Shown piece by piece: positions 40,947-55,212 of a DNA stretch of 64,000 nt; positions within the stretch are counted from its first letter, which is position 1; each line of letters opens with the position of its first letter. The notes beneath the pieces are model-generated. The model saw only the letters and a program-made list of their open reading frames with translations. It was not told where the DNA came from and ran no database searches. A program made the position numbers and the translations under genes. Origin of the DNA: the human T2T-CHM13v2.0 reference genome, Homo sapiens; the NCBI RefSeq assembly GCF_009914755.1, contig NC_060933.1. The stretch is one strand, 5' to 3'.

Positions 40947-42100
40947 GTAGAAACAGCTAGCTTTAAATGAGCATTTCCTACCTGCTAGCTTCAGAGTTAT
41001 ATTATCTTGTTCATTTTTCATATGAATTTCATATGAGTGAGATGTTTACTTTTACCTCCCAATGAGGAAACCAAGGAATAGAAAAGGTAAGTATCTTGCT
41101 CAAGGTCCTGGGATTAGTAATTGGTATTGCTGAGGTTTGAACTCAGGCTGTCAGGTACTGCTTCTATGCTGCTGATAAATGTATTCTTTAAATGAGTATT
41201 ATTTTGCTCTGAAGAATCTCTGAGTACTGATGAACTTGTGTTAGAAACATGCTGTTTCCTTCCCAGTCCCTGGAGAACAATGTCTGTTAGGAGTTACATG
41301 CATAGTGTCTCCCCAGCCATGAGGAGGGTCTTTCTGATGGTCAAGCTCGATCATTGCAGGCCCATGGAGACCCCCACTGTGGTGCAGCTCTGCATAAATA
41401 AAGATCAGCACAAGTGAAACTGCCATTGAGCTAACAAAAGAAATTGATTACAGAGAATTGCATTGAAAGGATTGTAAGTTAAAGACACGGACTTGCTAAA
41501 GCAAAGCTATTCTGAGTTAAACAGTGTTCATCACTAGTAAGAAATTGAAAAAAATAATTTTTTAAGGAGCCATTTGTATAAGTCACAATTTTTTCTAATC
41601 CCTGTGATTTTCTCCAAATACACATCACTAACGAAATAGTTTTGTTTCCTTACCCACCCATCTTTTTTCTTTTCTGATTTCAGTGCAAAGTTAGAATAGG
41701 GAAAGGAAGTGATGGTCCTTTATTGGTTTAAAAATACTTAAGTGTTTTTACACTGTGGGAAACTTGGATTTTCATTTAATGCAGTGGAAAGAACACTGGG
41801 TTGTGTTAGAGATTTGGCTTCCAGTCCTGGTTCTGTGTGATGGAAATGTGTTTACCTTGAGGGAAACACATTCCTTCTCTGGGTCTTCTATTCCTCATCT
41901 GTTGGGGTTGGTGAAGGTGATTTTTAAAGTTGTCTAAGTCTGGATGCCACATGTCAAAGCAGGTCAAGGCAAGGCAAGGCAAGTCCATTTAGTCAATCAA
42001 TACCATTGGAGTTCCCATTAAGCATCAGACCTTGTGCTGGGTGCGGGAGTACCAACAGTGAAAACAAAGACATGGAGCTTCAGGCCAGTGTAGTTGTAGC

Positions 42101-42166
42101 TGGGATTATATCCTACCACTGTGTGGGATTATATCCTACCACTGTGTAGGATTATATCCCACCACT
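42101..42166. repeat. 23-bp tandem repeat, ~3 copies
   Basis: TGGGATTATATCCTACCACTGTG x2 plus TAGGATTATATCCCACCACTG. Confidence 0.9.
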
Positions 42167-43197
42167 GCCTCTCGCTAGCTAGGGAATCACAGTTCCGTTG
42201 TTTTGCTTTTGTGCTCCATTTTCCTCATGAGACTGTTGTGCTAACAAATGTATACATGTCAAGAGATTTCCATGGTGCCTGGCACTTAGTAAACATTTAA
42301 ATAACATTGGCTTTTACTAGAATTATTATTGGAGGAGGGAGGCAGATGCTAATCAAATAATCACATATAAGCATAACAAAATCAATTTCCTAAATGTTCT
42401 GAGAAGGATTTCCTGTTATCAGAAGGATTTCCTTAGCCTGGGAAGTAGTGATTGAGGTTAAGCTCTGAAGGATAAGTTCATTAGTTGAAGGGAGAGTTGA
42501 AGGGAGAGTGGAATAGAGTCTTAGGGAGGTGGAACAACATAGCAAAACTTCTATAGAGGGCAGAAGCACAGATTTTTGGGAACTTAAAATAGGCCAGAAC
42601 AAAGAAGAACAAGGAGAAACATGGCAAGAAAGGCATTTAGAGAGGGGAACAGGGACCATTTGAGCCTAAGATGTTAGAAAACTGGTTTTTCATTTGCTTA
42701 ATGGAGGTCAGGGTTCCAGTTACAGCCATGTCTCTGATACCCTGAAGTGCTGTTTGACAGGGTTTTGGCTTTCTTTAGGGTAGAATCTAGGAGGAACCAG
42801 CTTCTGAGTGACACTGGGACAGTACATGTGATGAGTGATGGCTCAGAAGGGTTGGTATCACCTGGACCGTCATGTTCTTAGGTCATGCTTCAGGGACCAA
42901 AGTCCCAGACTGAGGTCTCATCATTTCAATGCCCTCTTCAATGTCCTATGGCTGGTCAGATCTGAATAGAGATGAAAGGCCAAACTGAATTTTTCCCTGT
43001 CTATAGGGAGACAAGTCTTAACAGGCCTTCAGCTATTGGGATCACATTCATTATTTAAGAATCTGAAAAAACTTGGGGATTATCTATCTAGAGAGATGCA
43101 TCTACATGTTTGAACCCAAATTTGAGTGCATTTTTAGGTTGGGTATGTAGGTCCCCATGAAACTCATTCATGGTCCCAGTTATATATCCTTTCACTG

Positions 43198-43654
43198 TGT
43201 CTTAGTGCATTTAGTGTTGCTATAAAGAAATATCTGAGGCTGAGCAGTTTATAAAGGAAAGAGGTTTATTTGGCTCATGGTTCTGCAGGCCGTTCAAGAA
43301 GCATCATGCTGACATCTGCTCAGCTCCTGGTGGGGGCTTTTGTGTTGTGTTGAAACATGGCAGAAAAGGTCAAAAGGGGAGAAGGCATGTGCACAGGGGG
43401 ATCAAACCCAAGGGTTGTTCTGGTTTTATAACAGCCCACTCTCATGGGAACTAATTCATTCCCCTAAGAGCCAATCCAGTCTCACCAGAGCAAGAACTCA
43501 CTGCCCTGAGAACAGCATCAAGCCATTCATGAGGGATCCACTCCCTAGACCCAAACACTTCCCACGAGGCCCCACCTCCCAACACTGCCATGTTGGGATC
43601 AAATTTTAAAATGAACTTTGTTGGGGACAAACAAGCCATATGCAAACCACAGCA
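43198..43654 (-). mobile_element. MSTB-like MaLR solo LTR
   Basis: TGTCTTAGTGCATTTAGTGTTGCTATAAAG...GGCCCCACCTCCCAACACTG...CAAACCACAGCA. Confidence 0.88.
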
Positions 43655-44183
43655 TATTGCAAGGCAATGTCCGGCATTGAAGCCTGAGGATCCTCTTTCT
43701 CTGTCTCCCTGCTCTCCGGTCTGTCCTCTCTTTTGCTTTTCTACTGTTGTTGCCTTGATTTTGGACCTTCATCAGTATCCCTCTAGGCTATTTTTATTTC
43801 CTCTGGATTTGTCTCTCTGCATTAATTTCTCCCCCTCCAAATTCATTCTCTACATAATCTATAGAAAAAAATTATATTGAAACGGTGTATGTGAGATAAA
43901 AGTTAATAAAATTATAAAAATTTATTTTTAGGATAAAGCAATAAGGTTTATTATAGATACTTTGGAAGATACATGTAAGTTTTAAAAATTCATAGTCTCA
44001 GCACCCAGAAACAACCAATGGTAAATTTTTCTTTCAGTGTTTTTATATGGAAAATTTCTTTTTAGTAGTTGTGATCAAGCTATACGCCTGTGTATTTTTA
44101 TATTGAAATGTTTTAGTTGACATTTATTTTTTCTTTAGTTCAAATGCACGTATTTTTAAAATTTTTTTATTATGGAAAGTTTT

Positions 44184-45115
<932 letters not shown>

Positions 45116-46734
45116 AATGTATTACTAATCTTAACATTAGTAGGTCATCATTTTTTGATGTTATTGGTAACTTGTTGTAAATATAATTTAGATGGCTAAG
45201 TAATATGTTACCTAGTGGATGTACTGAAGGTTGCCTGACCATTCCCTTATGTTGGGTAGTGAGAAAATTGCCATTTTTTTCTGCCATTATGAGTAATGCT
45301 ACAATGGATGCTTTGTCACAAAGCTTTTTCTGGTTTTAGGATTATTTCCTTAAAGTAGTCACAAAAGTGATATTACTGTGTTAAACATTTTTAGAGCTCT
45401 TAGTACACTTCGCCAAATTGCTTTCCAAAAGGATTGTATCAATTTACCCTCCCACCAATGTGTGTGAGTACCCCACAGGGATCCTTCTGCAATGCAAATC
45501 TGATTGTCTCATGCCTGGTTTAAAACTGGGCTCTGTTGCCTTCACAATAAAGACTAAACTATCTAAGACAAAACTATACCTACTACATGATTTTTGAATA
45601 ACTGAAAGACTATTTTAGCTTGATGAGACCCTATATTCAAGGGTTATAGAAGCTAGTAGGAGGCAAGACTGGGTAGGTTCAGAACCCAGTTTTCATATTT
45701 TCCTGATGGAAACCTGAATTTCTATCATTTTCATGTTGTTTTCAATTAACATGTTGTTGCATGTTTTCAATATGTAAGTATATTATGGAAGAGAAAACTG
45801 AGGGTCAGAGAGTTCAGTGCTTAGAGTGGAAACTTACAGCTTTCTATCTGTGGTATCATCTAACTATTTTGCGTCATATAATCTTTGAAGAGGAATTCAT
45901 ATACATAAGCTTAAGAACATATTTAACCAATATAAATACATTATAACACACATTTGTTTTGCTGGTTAGAATTCTCTAGTTCTTAAAAATTAAAGACTAA
46001 AATTTAGAGTGAGACAGATCTGGATTTGAATTCAGGTTCTGTCATTTACTTGAATTTGAGCAAGACTTAACATCTCTAAGCTTCAATTTTGTTATCTGTA
46101 AGACATGGATAATAATACCTAGGTCTTAAGGGTTTGGTGATGATTCAACCTATATTTCAAATGTCAAGCAGAACCATTCAACAGTTCTTCTTATTTGAGA
46201 TGAATATGTAAATAGAAGGGAAAAAATAAATGTAACCAAAATTAGGAGGCTTTACTAATTTAAGACTATAAATAAAACTGTGTGAATTTTAAAAGTTACC
46301 ATGGTTTGGGACCTAGTTCAGTCTACTAGTTGGAGTTCTTGCCTTTTCTGAAGTTTACCTGTTCTCAATATTTGTGCTAGCCACAAGGGTGATGAATCAT
46401 TGCTTCTCCCTGATGCTCACTTATCCCCTGCCTAAAAGGGAGAGCAGAGACCAAAATGACTTCCTTGAGGTGAAGTTCCTCAACCAAGGATTTCCTGGCA
46501 GTCCTGTCTGCTCTTCTGGATGCCTCCAGCACCCCATGGCCAGGGAGGAAGGCAGCTATTGATGAGAGCAGGGCTTGCACTTTATTATTTCTCCAGAGGA
46601 GTATCTGATGAAGCTTTCTCTGGGCCCCGAGGATCTCAGGACTTGCCTGTTATCCCATTACAGGTAACATATCTACACATTTACTCAGGGCCACCTGGTT
46701 TTCTGCTGCTTCTTTACTTAGGGATATTCTAGAA

Positions 46735-47049
46735 TGGCATCATTCAATAGAAATATAGTGTGAATCACATATATAGCTTTGAATTTTCTAGTAGATACAC
46801 TAAAAAAGTATATATACATATAGATGAAATTAATTTCTATAATGTGTTATTTAACCCAACATACCTAAAATATTATTTCAACATGAAATCTATTTACAAT
46901 TATTAATGAAATAATTGACATGATTTTGTTTGGAGTTTTTGAAATCTGGTGTATATTTTACCTCTGCAGCACATTTGAAGTTGGACTAGCCACCTTTTAA
47001 GTATTCAGTAGGCACACGTGGCTAGTGGCTACTATATGAGACAACACAG
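46735..47049. mobile_element. MER33/MER3-type hAT-Charlie element
   Basis: CAATAGAAATATA...CACGTGGCTAGTGGCTACTATAT; 8-bp TSD TTCTAGA(A/G). Confidence 0.8.
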
Positions 47050-48034
47050 TTCTAGAGGAAAACTACCTGGGCTCTAAGTGATACAACTCTCCAGGAGTGT
47101 AGGTCTTGTAACTATTTTCCCTGAAAACCTACTTCTGCCTCCAGCTAAGCTGGGTCTGTAAGGATCTTGGTTTACTACATACTGGGTCTAGAATTTGTCC
47201 CATTAACCTATTATTTACTGTGTTTATTTTACCAATCAAGACAATATTTCCCATTCAGTGAATTCCCTTTCAGTGGTCTCTTGTGTCTCTCTTTCTATTT
47301 TAATTGCTCCTACCCTGATGTATTAGAGAAAAATGTTTTTTAATCTTTGAATATAAACATATAGAGGGCAAGAGAGTCAGAGTCTTAATTAACTTCATTT
47401 CTCCCATGAGGCTCCTTTGCTCCTATGTGAATTTGTGGATACAAAGTGATATGTGGGAATCTGTAACCCAAATGCTGTACAAGGATATGATGGGGAATGG
47501 ATGATTCTTAGCAATAGCCAGCAGTGTCTGAGCGTTAGGCAATGGCCTAGCTAAAATGTTCTGATACATAAGTAATAATGACATGCTCAAGGAAGTGTGA
47601 TGTTAGATGGAGTATAAAGGAATGATATGGAGGCGCAGAGAGCAAAAAGTTCCATACTGGCAGAGACCTCCTAGAGGAAGCAGCACTGGGAAGAATTCTC
47701 AATAATGTTAATAGGGTCAACAAGGTCCTACCGAAAACAAGAGCTTCACATGCCTGATTTCTTGATGTAGGAATTATTATCCTTTTTTCAAAGATGAAAT
47801 AGTGAAACTCAGAGAGGTTAGATAACTTAGGCAAGGCCAAAAATGAAAGGACCCAGGTCTAGGGGTGGGGGGTAATCCAAAAACCCTTTTCATTGATTTA
47901 TTGCTGCCTTTGACTATTAGGTGGTTAAGGATTGACTCAAGGGATCACTTGCAGTGTACATGATGAGACTTCATTAGAGAGCAAGAAGTCTTTGCAGCAA
48001 ACATTTATAATTTCTTACAAAGGATATATTATAG

Positions 48035-48579
48035 TGTATCATTGTTCTAGCTGCTATTGCAATGAAACAAATTACTTCAAAATGCCATAAAACAACCCCT
48101 TATTATGCTCCTGACTCCATGGGTTAGGAATTCAGACAGGGCAGAGTGACGTTAGCTTATCTCTGTTCTATGTCATGTGAGGCCTCAGTTGGAAGACTCA
48201 AAGGCTGAAGGCTGGAATGATTTGAAGACTCATTCACTCGGGTATCTGGTGGTTGATGGTGGTTGAGGCTGGCTGTTCTCCGTGTAACCTCCCTGTGTCA
48301 TCTCTCCAGGAAGAAAGCTTTGACTTTCTCACAGTGTGGTGGCTGGGTTCTAAAGGCTAGAATCAGATAGAGTCACATTGCTTACCATTGCCTTGCCCCA
48401 GAAGTCATGTACCATGTACTCATATGTTATATTCAGCAGGGTGGTCACAAAGCTCCGTCTAGTGTCAGTGGGAGGTGAGATAGACTTTGCCTCTTGATAG
48501 GAAGTAGCAAGGTTCCAGAAGGGCATTTGGGACCAGAAATATTGCTGGTCCCAATGTGAGGAAAATACAACCTGCCACA
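48035..48579 (-). mobile_element. MLT1F-like MaLR LTR
   Basis: GGTTAGGAATTCAGACAGGGCA...AAAATACAACCTGCCACA. Confidence 0.78.
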
Positions 48580-50599
48580 GTTATTATCAGTGGTGTTGAC
48601 CAACTGCTGGATAAGGAAGGAAAGATAGATCAGTAACTGGGAAGAAAATGTTTTATTGGAATGCCAGGCTTTTTTAAGCAAATGTCAAAATAGTGAAAGG
48701 GAATTAGGAAAATGATGGAAAGTCAAATTAGTTCAAATGCAAATGGGGAGGCTTCCTCCTGCTGAAGACCCCTTCAAGAAAGCTATGATGTCACTCTTCA
48801 CTCTTGTCCCCTGGCCTTATGCTCTTCCTTGCAGCCTCCACTGGCCAGGGCTCTGTGTCCTATGTAACCTTTGGTAGCCCAGTCCCAGGTAGAGCCATGA
48901 CAGGTTGCCTTGGGCCTACCCTCCTTTCTTCATGGCTTAACCTCAAGCCCTCTTTCACTAGAGATTTGGAATTTCATTAAATCAGGGCTTGAACTGAGAA
49001 ATAACGACTGTCTTTATATGCACTGGCTCTTTACTGGCAAGCTATTATATTAGAGAAAAGCTAAGGTTCTATAACACTGCAGGAATAAAGCCCAGAAAAT
49101 TTGCGAAAAGCTCCACCATCCAGGATAAATGTTATAGGAGGCATTAACCTTCCATAAAAATCCCTTTGCTAGACAAGAATTTAAATGACCGTCACTGTGA
49201 GAGGAGATATTTAGCCTTAGAAACATATTATACTGCCACCTCCTCTTAAAATAGCAAATTCTTTGGTTATCAGTAGTTGAATATTGTTCATCTTTTTCAA
49301 AGGCATGCTCAGAAATATAGCAAATGTGTATATGTAGTTTTGTGGGTGTACCCCGTATACCACTTCATAGTTCCAAGAAGTTGTATATACAATCTCTACT
49401 TCTATTTGGGAAAATTGAATAAGAAACTAATATCCAAGCTAAGCTGAATCAAACTCTTCTTGCAGGCTCCAAATTACTTGCCTTGAAGAAAAAAATTTTT
49501 TCTCCCTAAGGCATAAAGCATGATTCTACAATGAGAATGTTAGGTCAGAAATTACAGAGATTATATAAAGTTGGCTCTTCCAGTGAACAACAAACCCATA
49601 GGGCAAAGATTTTATAGAAAATTTTATATACATTTTCCATATATGTGTTTATATATGTTTGGTGAAAATCTCAGGTGATCTTCTAATACTGATTATTCTG
49701 CTTTAAATCCTCATTCTCTGTGTCCCAACATTGGAAGCATTTGTAACAGAGTGAGAGACCAGACTCTTCCCTATTATCTTAGAGTCTCACTGAAGCTCTA
49801 GAGCTGCTTGCTGTAATTCCAGAGTTTGGCTTGAAAAAGATACTGAATTTCTTAATGGGTTGAGTGGATACAAGTTGTTAGTGTCTACCCTTTTGAGATC
49901 TACTGTTCTTCCTAAGTGGTTGCTCCCTAGGAATTCACAAATGAGACATTATTTTTCTTTCTGTTGAGAGAACACCTTTGACAATATTGTTTGAGGACCC
50001 AGAACTGAAACTTATAATGGGTGGTTGACAGATCCACAATTGCCTTTTAGTTCTTTTAACCATGTTGGCATATTCATGAGTTGATAACTTTAAGAATTTT
50101 AAGACTTTCTCCAGACTAAATCACAATAAAACGAACTGAGATTAACTTTGAGAGCTGGAAACAGCTATAAAAAATGAAAATAGACTTAGAGATCTATTAG
50201 GGAAAAGTCTGTATGGTTTTTTCCTAATAATAAAATAATGAGGTACTGTACTAGTTTGTATTAGAAAATACTTATTTAGAATATTGGAAAGCTTTATGCT
50301 TTAAAGTGGACTAAGTAAAAAAAAAATCTTCAGCACATCATATGTAATCCCAAATGAGATTTGTTATGTTAGGAAAAGTGAAACTATTTATCAAGGGCCA
50401 CTCTGTGCCAGGCATTATATTCGTTAAATCCATTTGATCACTGGACAATATAGGTGTTATTATCCCACCTTAACAATTAAGAAAACCAGGGCATAAAGAG
50501 ATCTACCAACTTGCCTAGACTTCACTTTACCTGGAGGAAACCAGAGTTTGCCACCTATCACCTCAGAATCATTTTAGATCGTTAGAGTTTCTCTAAATT

Positions 50600-51450
50600 T
50601 CAACATGGCCAGCCCTTAAGTGACAAACCAAGGTAAAATATCAGATTCTTCCTTTCAGTTAAACCTAATCCATTGACAAATTCTCTCAGTTCTGTTCCTA
50701 CATTGATCATGAATCTGTGTATTTCCATCTGTCATCACTGGCATCATCACTGGAGTCCAAGGAACCATGATCTCTCTCTAGCCTGACCCCTGCCATGGTT
50801 CCGGCCTATGCTCTCTGATTCCTTGCTTGCTCACCTCTCATTATCATCACAGAGAAGCCAGAATGATCTTACAAGAAATAAAAGAAAAATGCATCTCTCT
50901 CCTGCTTGGAACTCTCCTGACTTTCTGCTGTACCTAGAACAAAATAATGAATGTCTCATCTTGGCCCACAAGGCCTTGCAGGATCTGCCGCGGCCCTCCT
51001 GTCTCTTCGCACCTCTGACAGTCTCCGCTCTGCTCCCAAGCTCCCATCCTTGCTGACATCTGATTATTTCTAGAGAAGAGCAGACTCTCTCCTGCTTCTT
51101 GCTTTTTTTCCCCCTCACCTTAGTCTATTCTTCCCCTGGCTCCTCACATGGCTGGATCTTGCCCCTATGGTCTCAGTTTGAAGGCCAGTTCCTCAGTGAG
51201 GCCTTCCTGGACCACCTTATTTAAAGCAAACTTCTCCGCTGTGTTGTTTGTTATTACAACACCTTGTTCTCTTTCTTCGAGGCACTGGTGAAAAACTGTG
51301 ATTTTTTGGGTTGTTTGCTTACTTGTGTGTTATCCCTCCTTGCCCCTTACCCTGCTCTGACTGTAAACCACATGAGAGCAGGAACTCTGTCAATCCATGC
51401 CTCAGTGCCCAACACATGGAGGGCATTCAATAATGATTTGATGAATCAAC
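50600..51450 (+). mobile_element. L2 relic
   Basis: TGGCCCACAAGGCCTTGCAGGATCTG; CCTCAGTGAGGCCTTCCTGGACCACC; 3' end CATTCAATAATGATTTGATGAATCAA. Confidence 0.7.
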
Positions 51451-54125
51451 TAGTCCATATTTGGGTGGTTTTTCTGCTCGTTAAGCCCCTCACCATCCCA
51501 AGTCATAAAGTCTATTCAATGACCATTTGCTTTTTTAGTGTCTTACTGGCAAAAATATTAGAGTTGGCTTTAAGCCCTCTGGTCTCCTCTCCCGTTTCAA
51601 CCATTAATTTGCTGTGTAACATGGAGCAAGTCATTATTCTTCTCTGGTCTTCATTATTTCTCTTCTGCTAAATGAGGGGTGGAAAGCAGAGATTCTCTAA
51701 ATTCCTTCCCAGCCCTGACTTCTGATTATTCCCAATTTCCCTACCACTGTCTTCCCAGAGAAACCTCAATTGAAGTAGCTTGGTTTTAACTAAGTCCTTA
51801 TATGGAATGCAGTCTGCAATTTATTTAGGTGGGCCCAGTGTTTCTTTTCTGTTTGGAGACTTTTGGGTGATGTTAAAGGAATGCGCTAGGTGCTGATGTC
51901 TCGGTGCTGACCCTCTGACAGTGCTGCCCAGGGAGGCAGATGGGTTTACTGCTGGCAGCCACTTGTAATGATGGGGAGAAACCCATTTGCCTCTTGCAAC
52001 CCTCAGCCAGGTCGGACAAGCACTGAGGAGAGACCAGTACTTAATAATGCATAGTGCTGTCAGCTTCTAATTTTCATCATCCCGGGAGGGGATCCTGGTC
52101 TGAAAAAGGTGACTAGAGGCTGAGAAGACAAGTTCCTGAGTATGGGCTGGATTAGGACTGTGTGGCAGGGCCCAGTCAGCCACCTGTGTCCCCTGCCTGT
52201 AGGAATCTGCTTTCTTCTACAAGGATTGTCTGGGGATGGAGAAGGAGAGAAAGGTGGGTGTTCTTTGCTGTGCTAGATGCTGTATGTGCACTGCATCACT
52301 GAACTCTGTGAGGAAGTTAGAATTTTCATGCTATCCCTATTTTCCAGGTGGGAAAGCTGAAGTGTATATAGAGAGGTTAAGTAACTTGCTTGAGGTCCTA
52401 GTGTTAGGAAGTGGTAAGGTTCTGGAGTGTTCCCATTGCAATCCCTACTCCTTTCTTGTCTCATTGGACAGTTTCTGGTATCACAGGGGATCCTGAACAC
52501 TTCAGAAGGAGCCATTCTCAGGAAACTGTTTGATAAGCCAATGTGGTGGTTGGAGTGTGCTGGGATGATATTTGGCAGACAAATTCCCAAATTCACAACA
52601 ACTGAGCTTTGCAACTTTATTATTATTTTTAAATAAAATTAGGCAAATTGCATCAGAGGTCAAGATAGAGACAAACAAATGAGTACAGAGAAGAATCCTT
52701 TGCTTAATAGGAAAAAAAACCCAATAATGTTCAAGTAAACTTTAAAAAAAATATTTTTATTTATATCTCTGTTGACATCATGGCTTTTGGATATTTTAAG
52801 AAAGCTAAAATTTCCTCAAGCCAGCAAATCAACCTTCCAGAAGGTAGCTGAGAGCCAGAAGGAGGAGATATTCAACCATGTTTTTGGAGTGCCGACACTG
52901 GTCACTGGAGATAAAAAGGTGAAAACGACACAGCCCCTGCTCTTGCAGTCAGCCTGAGGGTGGAGGTCGGGGATCGACAAGTAAGTGGACAATTTAATAC
53001 GCTGTGGTTCAGGCTATGACAGGACTGAGGACAGGAGCCTGTGGGAATAGGGGAGCGAAGGTTCTGCAGAGGAGATGAATTTTGAAATGGGGCTAGAGGA
53101 TAAGCCAGCAACAAAAGGGGGAGAGTGGAGGGACTACAACAGGCAAAGCTGTGGAACCGCTGGACTGCAGAGTGTCTGGGAAAGTAGGAAAAGAGGCTGG
53201 AGAGATGGATTATAACCTGCTTGTAAAGAGCTTTGAATTTCAGACTGTGGAACAGACTAGAGGGAGGTTGTTCTAACAGTCCAGGAGAGATTGAAACAGT
53301 CTTGAACCTGGCCAGTGGCAGTGTAGGAAAGAAGAGAAGAAGAGAATAGGACAGTTCCCTATTGCATAAGGAATTCTACCTGTAGAATTCTTATATTAAG
53401 ATGGTAGAATGGCACAAAGTAGACACTCACTGTTTGAATAAAAGCTGGGTGTTACAGATGGATTGCATTACACATGTGATTAGATATTTACATAGAGATA
53501 CACACTCACATTCACCAGCTATATAATTTTCATGATAAATAAATATACCTGGGAATTTTAAGTTAAAACATTTATTTTCATAACAGAAAGTGAATGCAAA
53601 TTATGGCGATTTTGAGGCATCTAATGCTTCGTACATTAAGATGACAAATTGTTCTTTGCAAATAATTCATATTTAGTAACAAAGTTTTCTGCTTGATTGC
53701 CTATTATTTTATTGTGCTATTACAGATATTGTATTTGATCTTAGAGTGGAATTTGCTGTTCCATGTCATTAAATAAATTCTCAGGCATATATTTTATTTC
53801 ATTCCTCAGAGAATTGAAGGAGTTCAGTAGCTTTGAAGCATGTGCCTGTCTTCCAGGGTGTTAGAAAAACAGAAAACACCTTGTTGCAATTCCCTTTTTT
53901 TTTTTTTGAAAAAAGATGACATTGAAGATGGGATATGCTCATGGTGTGATGATGGAGGTGGGCTGAACAGCTTATGACTACTTGTCTTTCAGGGCTAGAG
54001 AGAGCCCATGACTGCCTGCCCTGCCAGTGTAAATTAGATTCACTTCCCTGCCTGTCCCCCAGTCTATCTCCTGGCACCCTGTTTTCATACTTCACAGTGT
54101 TTATCACAATTGTGAATTATATATT

Positions 54126-54662
54126 TGTGGTAGATTAAATATGGCTGCAAATTCTTCTTCCGTCAGGAAGAAGTGGGGTCTGTGTACTCTCCTTTGAGTC
54201 TGGGAAGGCTTCTATGGCTGCTAGACCAATAGAACATGGCAGAAATTATTATGTGGGAGTATCCAGGCTCAGACGTTAATAAACTGGAAGCTTCTGCTTC
54301 CCATCTCTTGGAAGACTTCCTGGAGCCTGGAGCTTCTAAGCAAGAAGTCTGATCACTCTGACACTGCCACACTGAAGAGTTCCTGTATAGGCTTTCTGGT
54401 CAACTGTCCTAGCTGGGCCCTGTTTTCCAGCCATCCCTGCTGAGGCATATGATGTGCTGGTGAACTACTTTGGACCCTCGAGACTACAGCATATCTGCTA
54501 GTTAAATACTGACCTTCATCCACATCATGTGGAACAGAACTGCCTAGCTAAACTCTGCCTGAATTCCTCACCCTCAAAATTGTGAGATGTAATAAAATGG
54601 TGGATGCCTTAAGCCATTACATTTTTGAGTAGTTTGTTATGTGGCAATAGACAACTGGAACA
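54126..54662 (+). mobile_element. MLT1H-like MaLR LTR nested in L2
   Basis: TGTGGTAGATTAAATATGGCTGCAAATTC...GCAATAGACAACTGGAACA; TSD A(T/C)ATT. Confidence 0.82.
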
Positions 54663-55105
54663 ACATTCATGTTTATTTACTTATTACTATCTATTTTCTC
54701 CTTTAGACTGTAAGCACCACGAGGACAACTGGGGCCATACCTGTTATGTTCACCATTGTGTATTCACTTAGCCCACTCTTGGCACACAGTAAGAATTTAA
54801 TAACTATTTATTTAAAGAATAAATGGAAGTTCTATGACAGAAATCGGACAGAGTAGTTAGCCTAAAACCTAGGTGTGGATCCTCTACTCAAAGACTCCTT
54901 GGGTTTCTTCTAACGTGGTCTGTGTTCTGATATTAAACCTCTTTTGCTTTGTTTGCATGGGATACATTCTGAAGCTAAGGGTGCTGTTAGTTTCGATTGA
55001 GGGATATATTCTTTTTTCTAGCACACATCACATGCCCATTTTTTTTCCTGGAGCCAATGGAGGAAGTGTGAACATTATTTCATTCTGGAATTAATTAAGA
55101 AGCAG

Positions 55106-55147
<42 letters not shown>

Positions 55148-55212
55148 CCTATCATCTCTATTCATCCATCTAATCATCTCTATATCTATGTATCTATCCA
55201 TCTATCTGTCTA
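55106..55212. repeat. (TATC)n tetranucleotide STR with degenerate tail
   Basis: About 10 perfect TATC units, then TATC/CATC variants. Confidence 0.95.

Noticed and set aside
42101-42166. Short direct repeats as a CRISPR-like array
   Set aside because: Units are contiguous with no spacers, there are no cas genes, and the context is eukaryotic.
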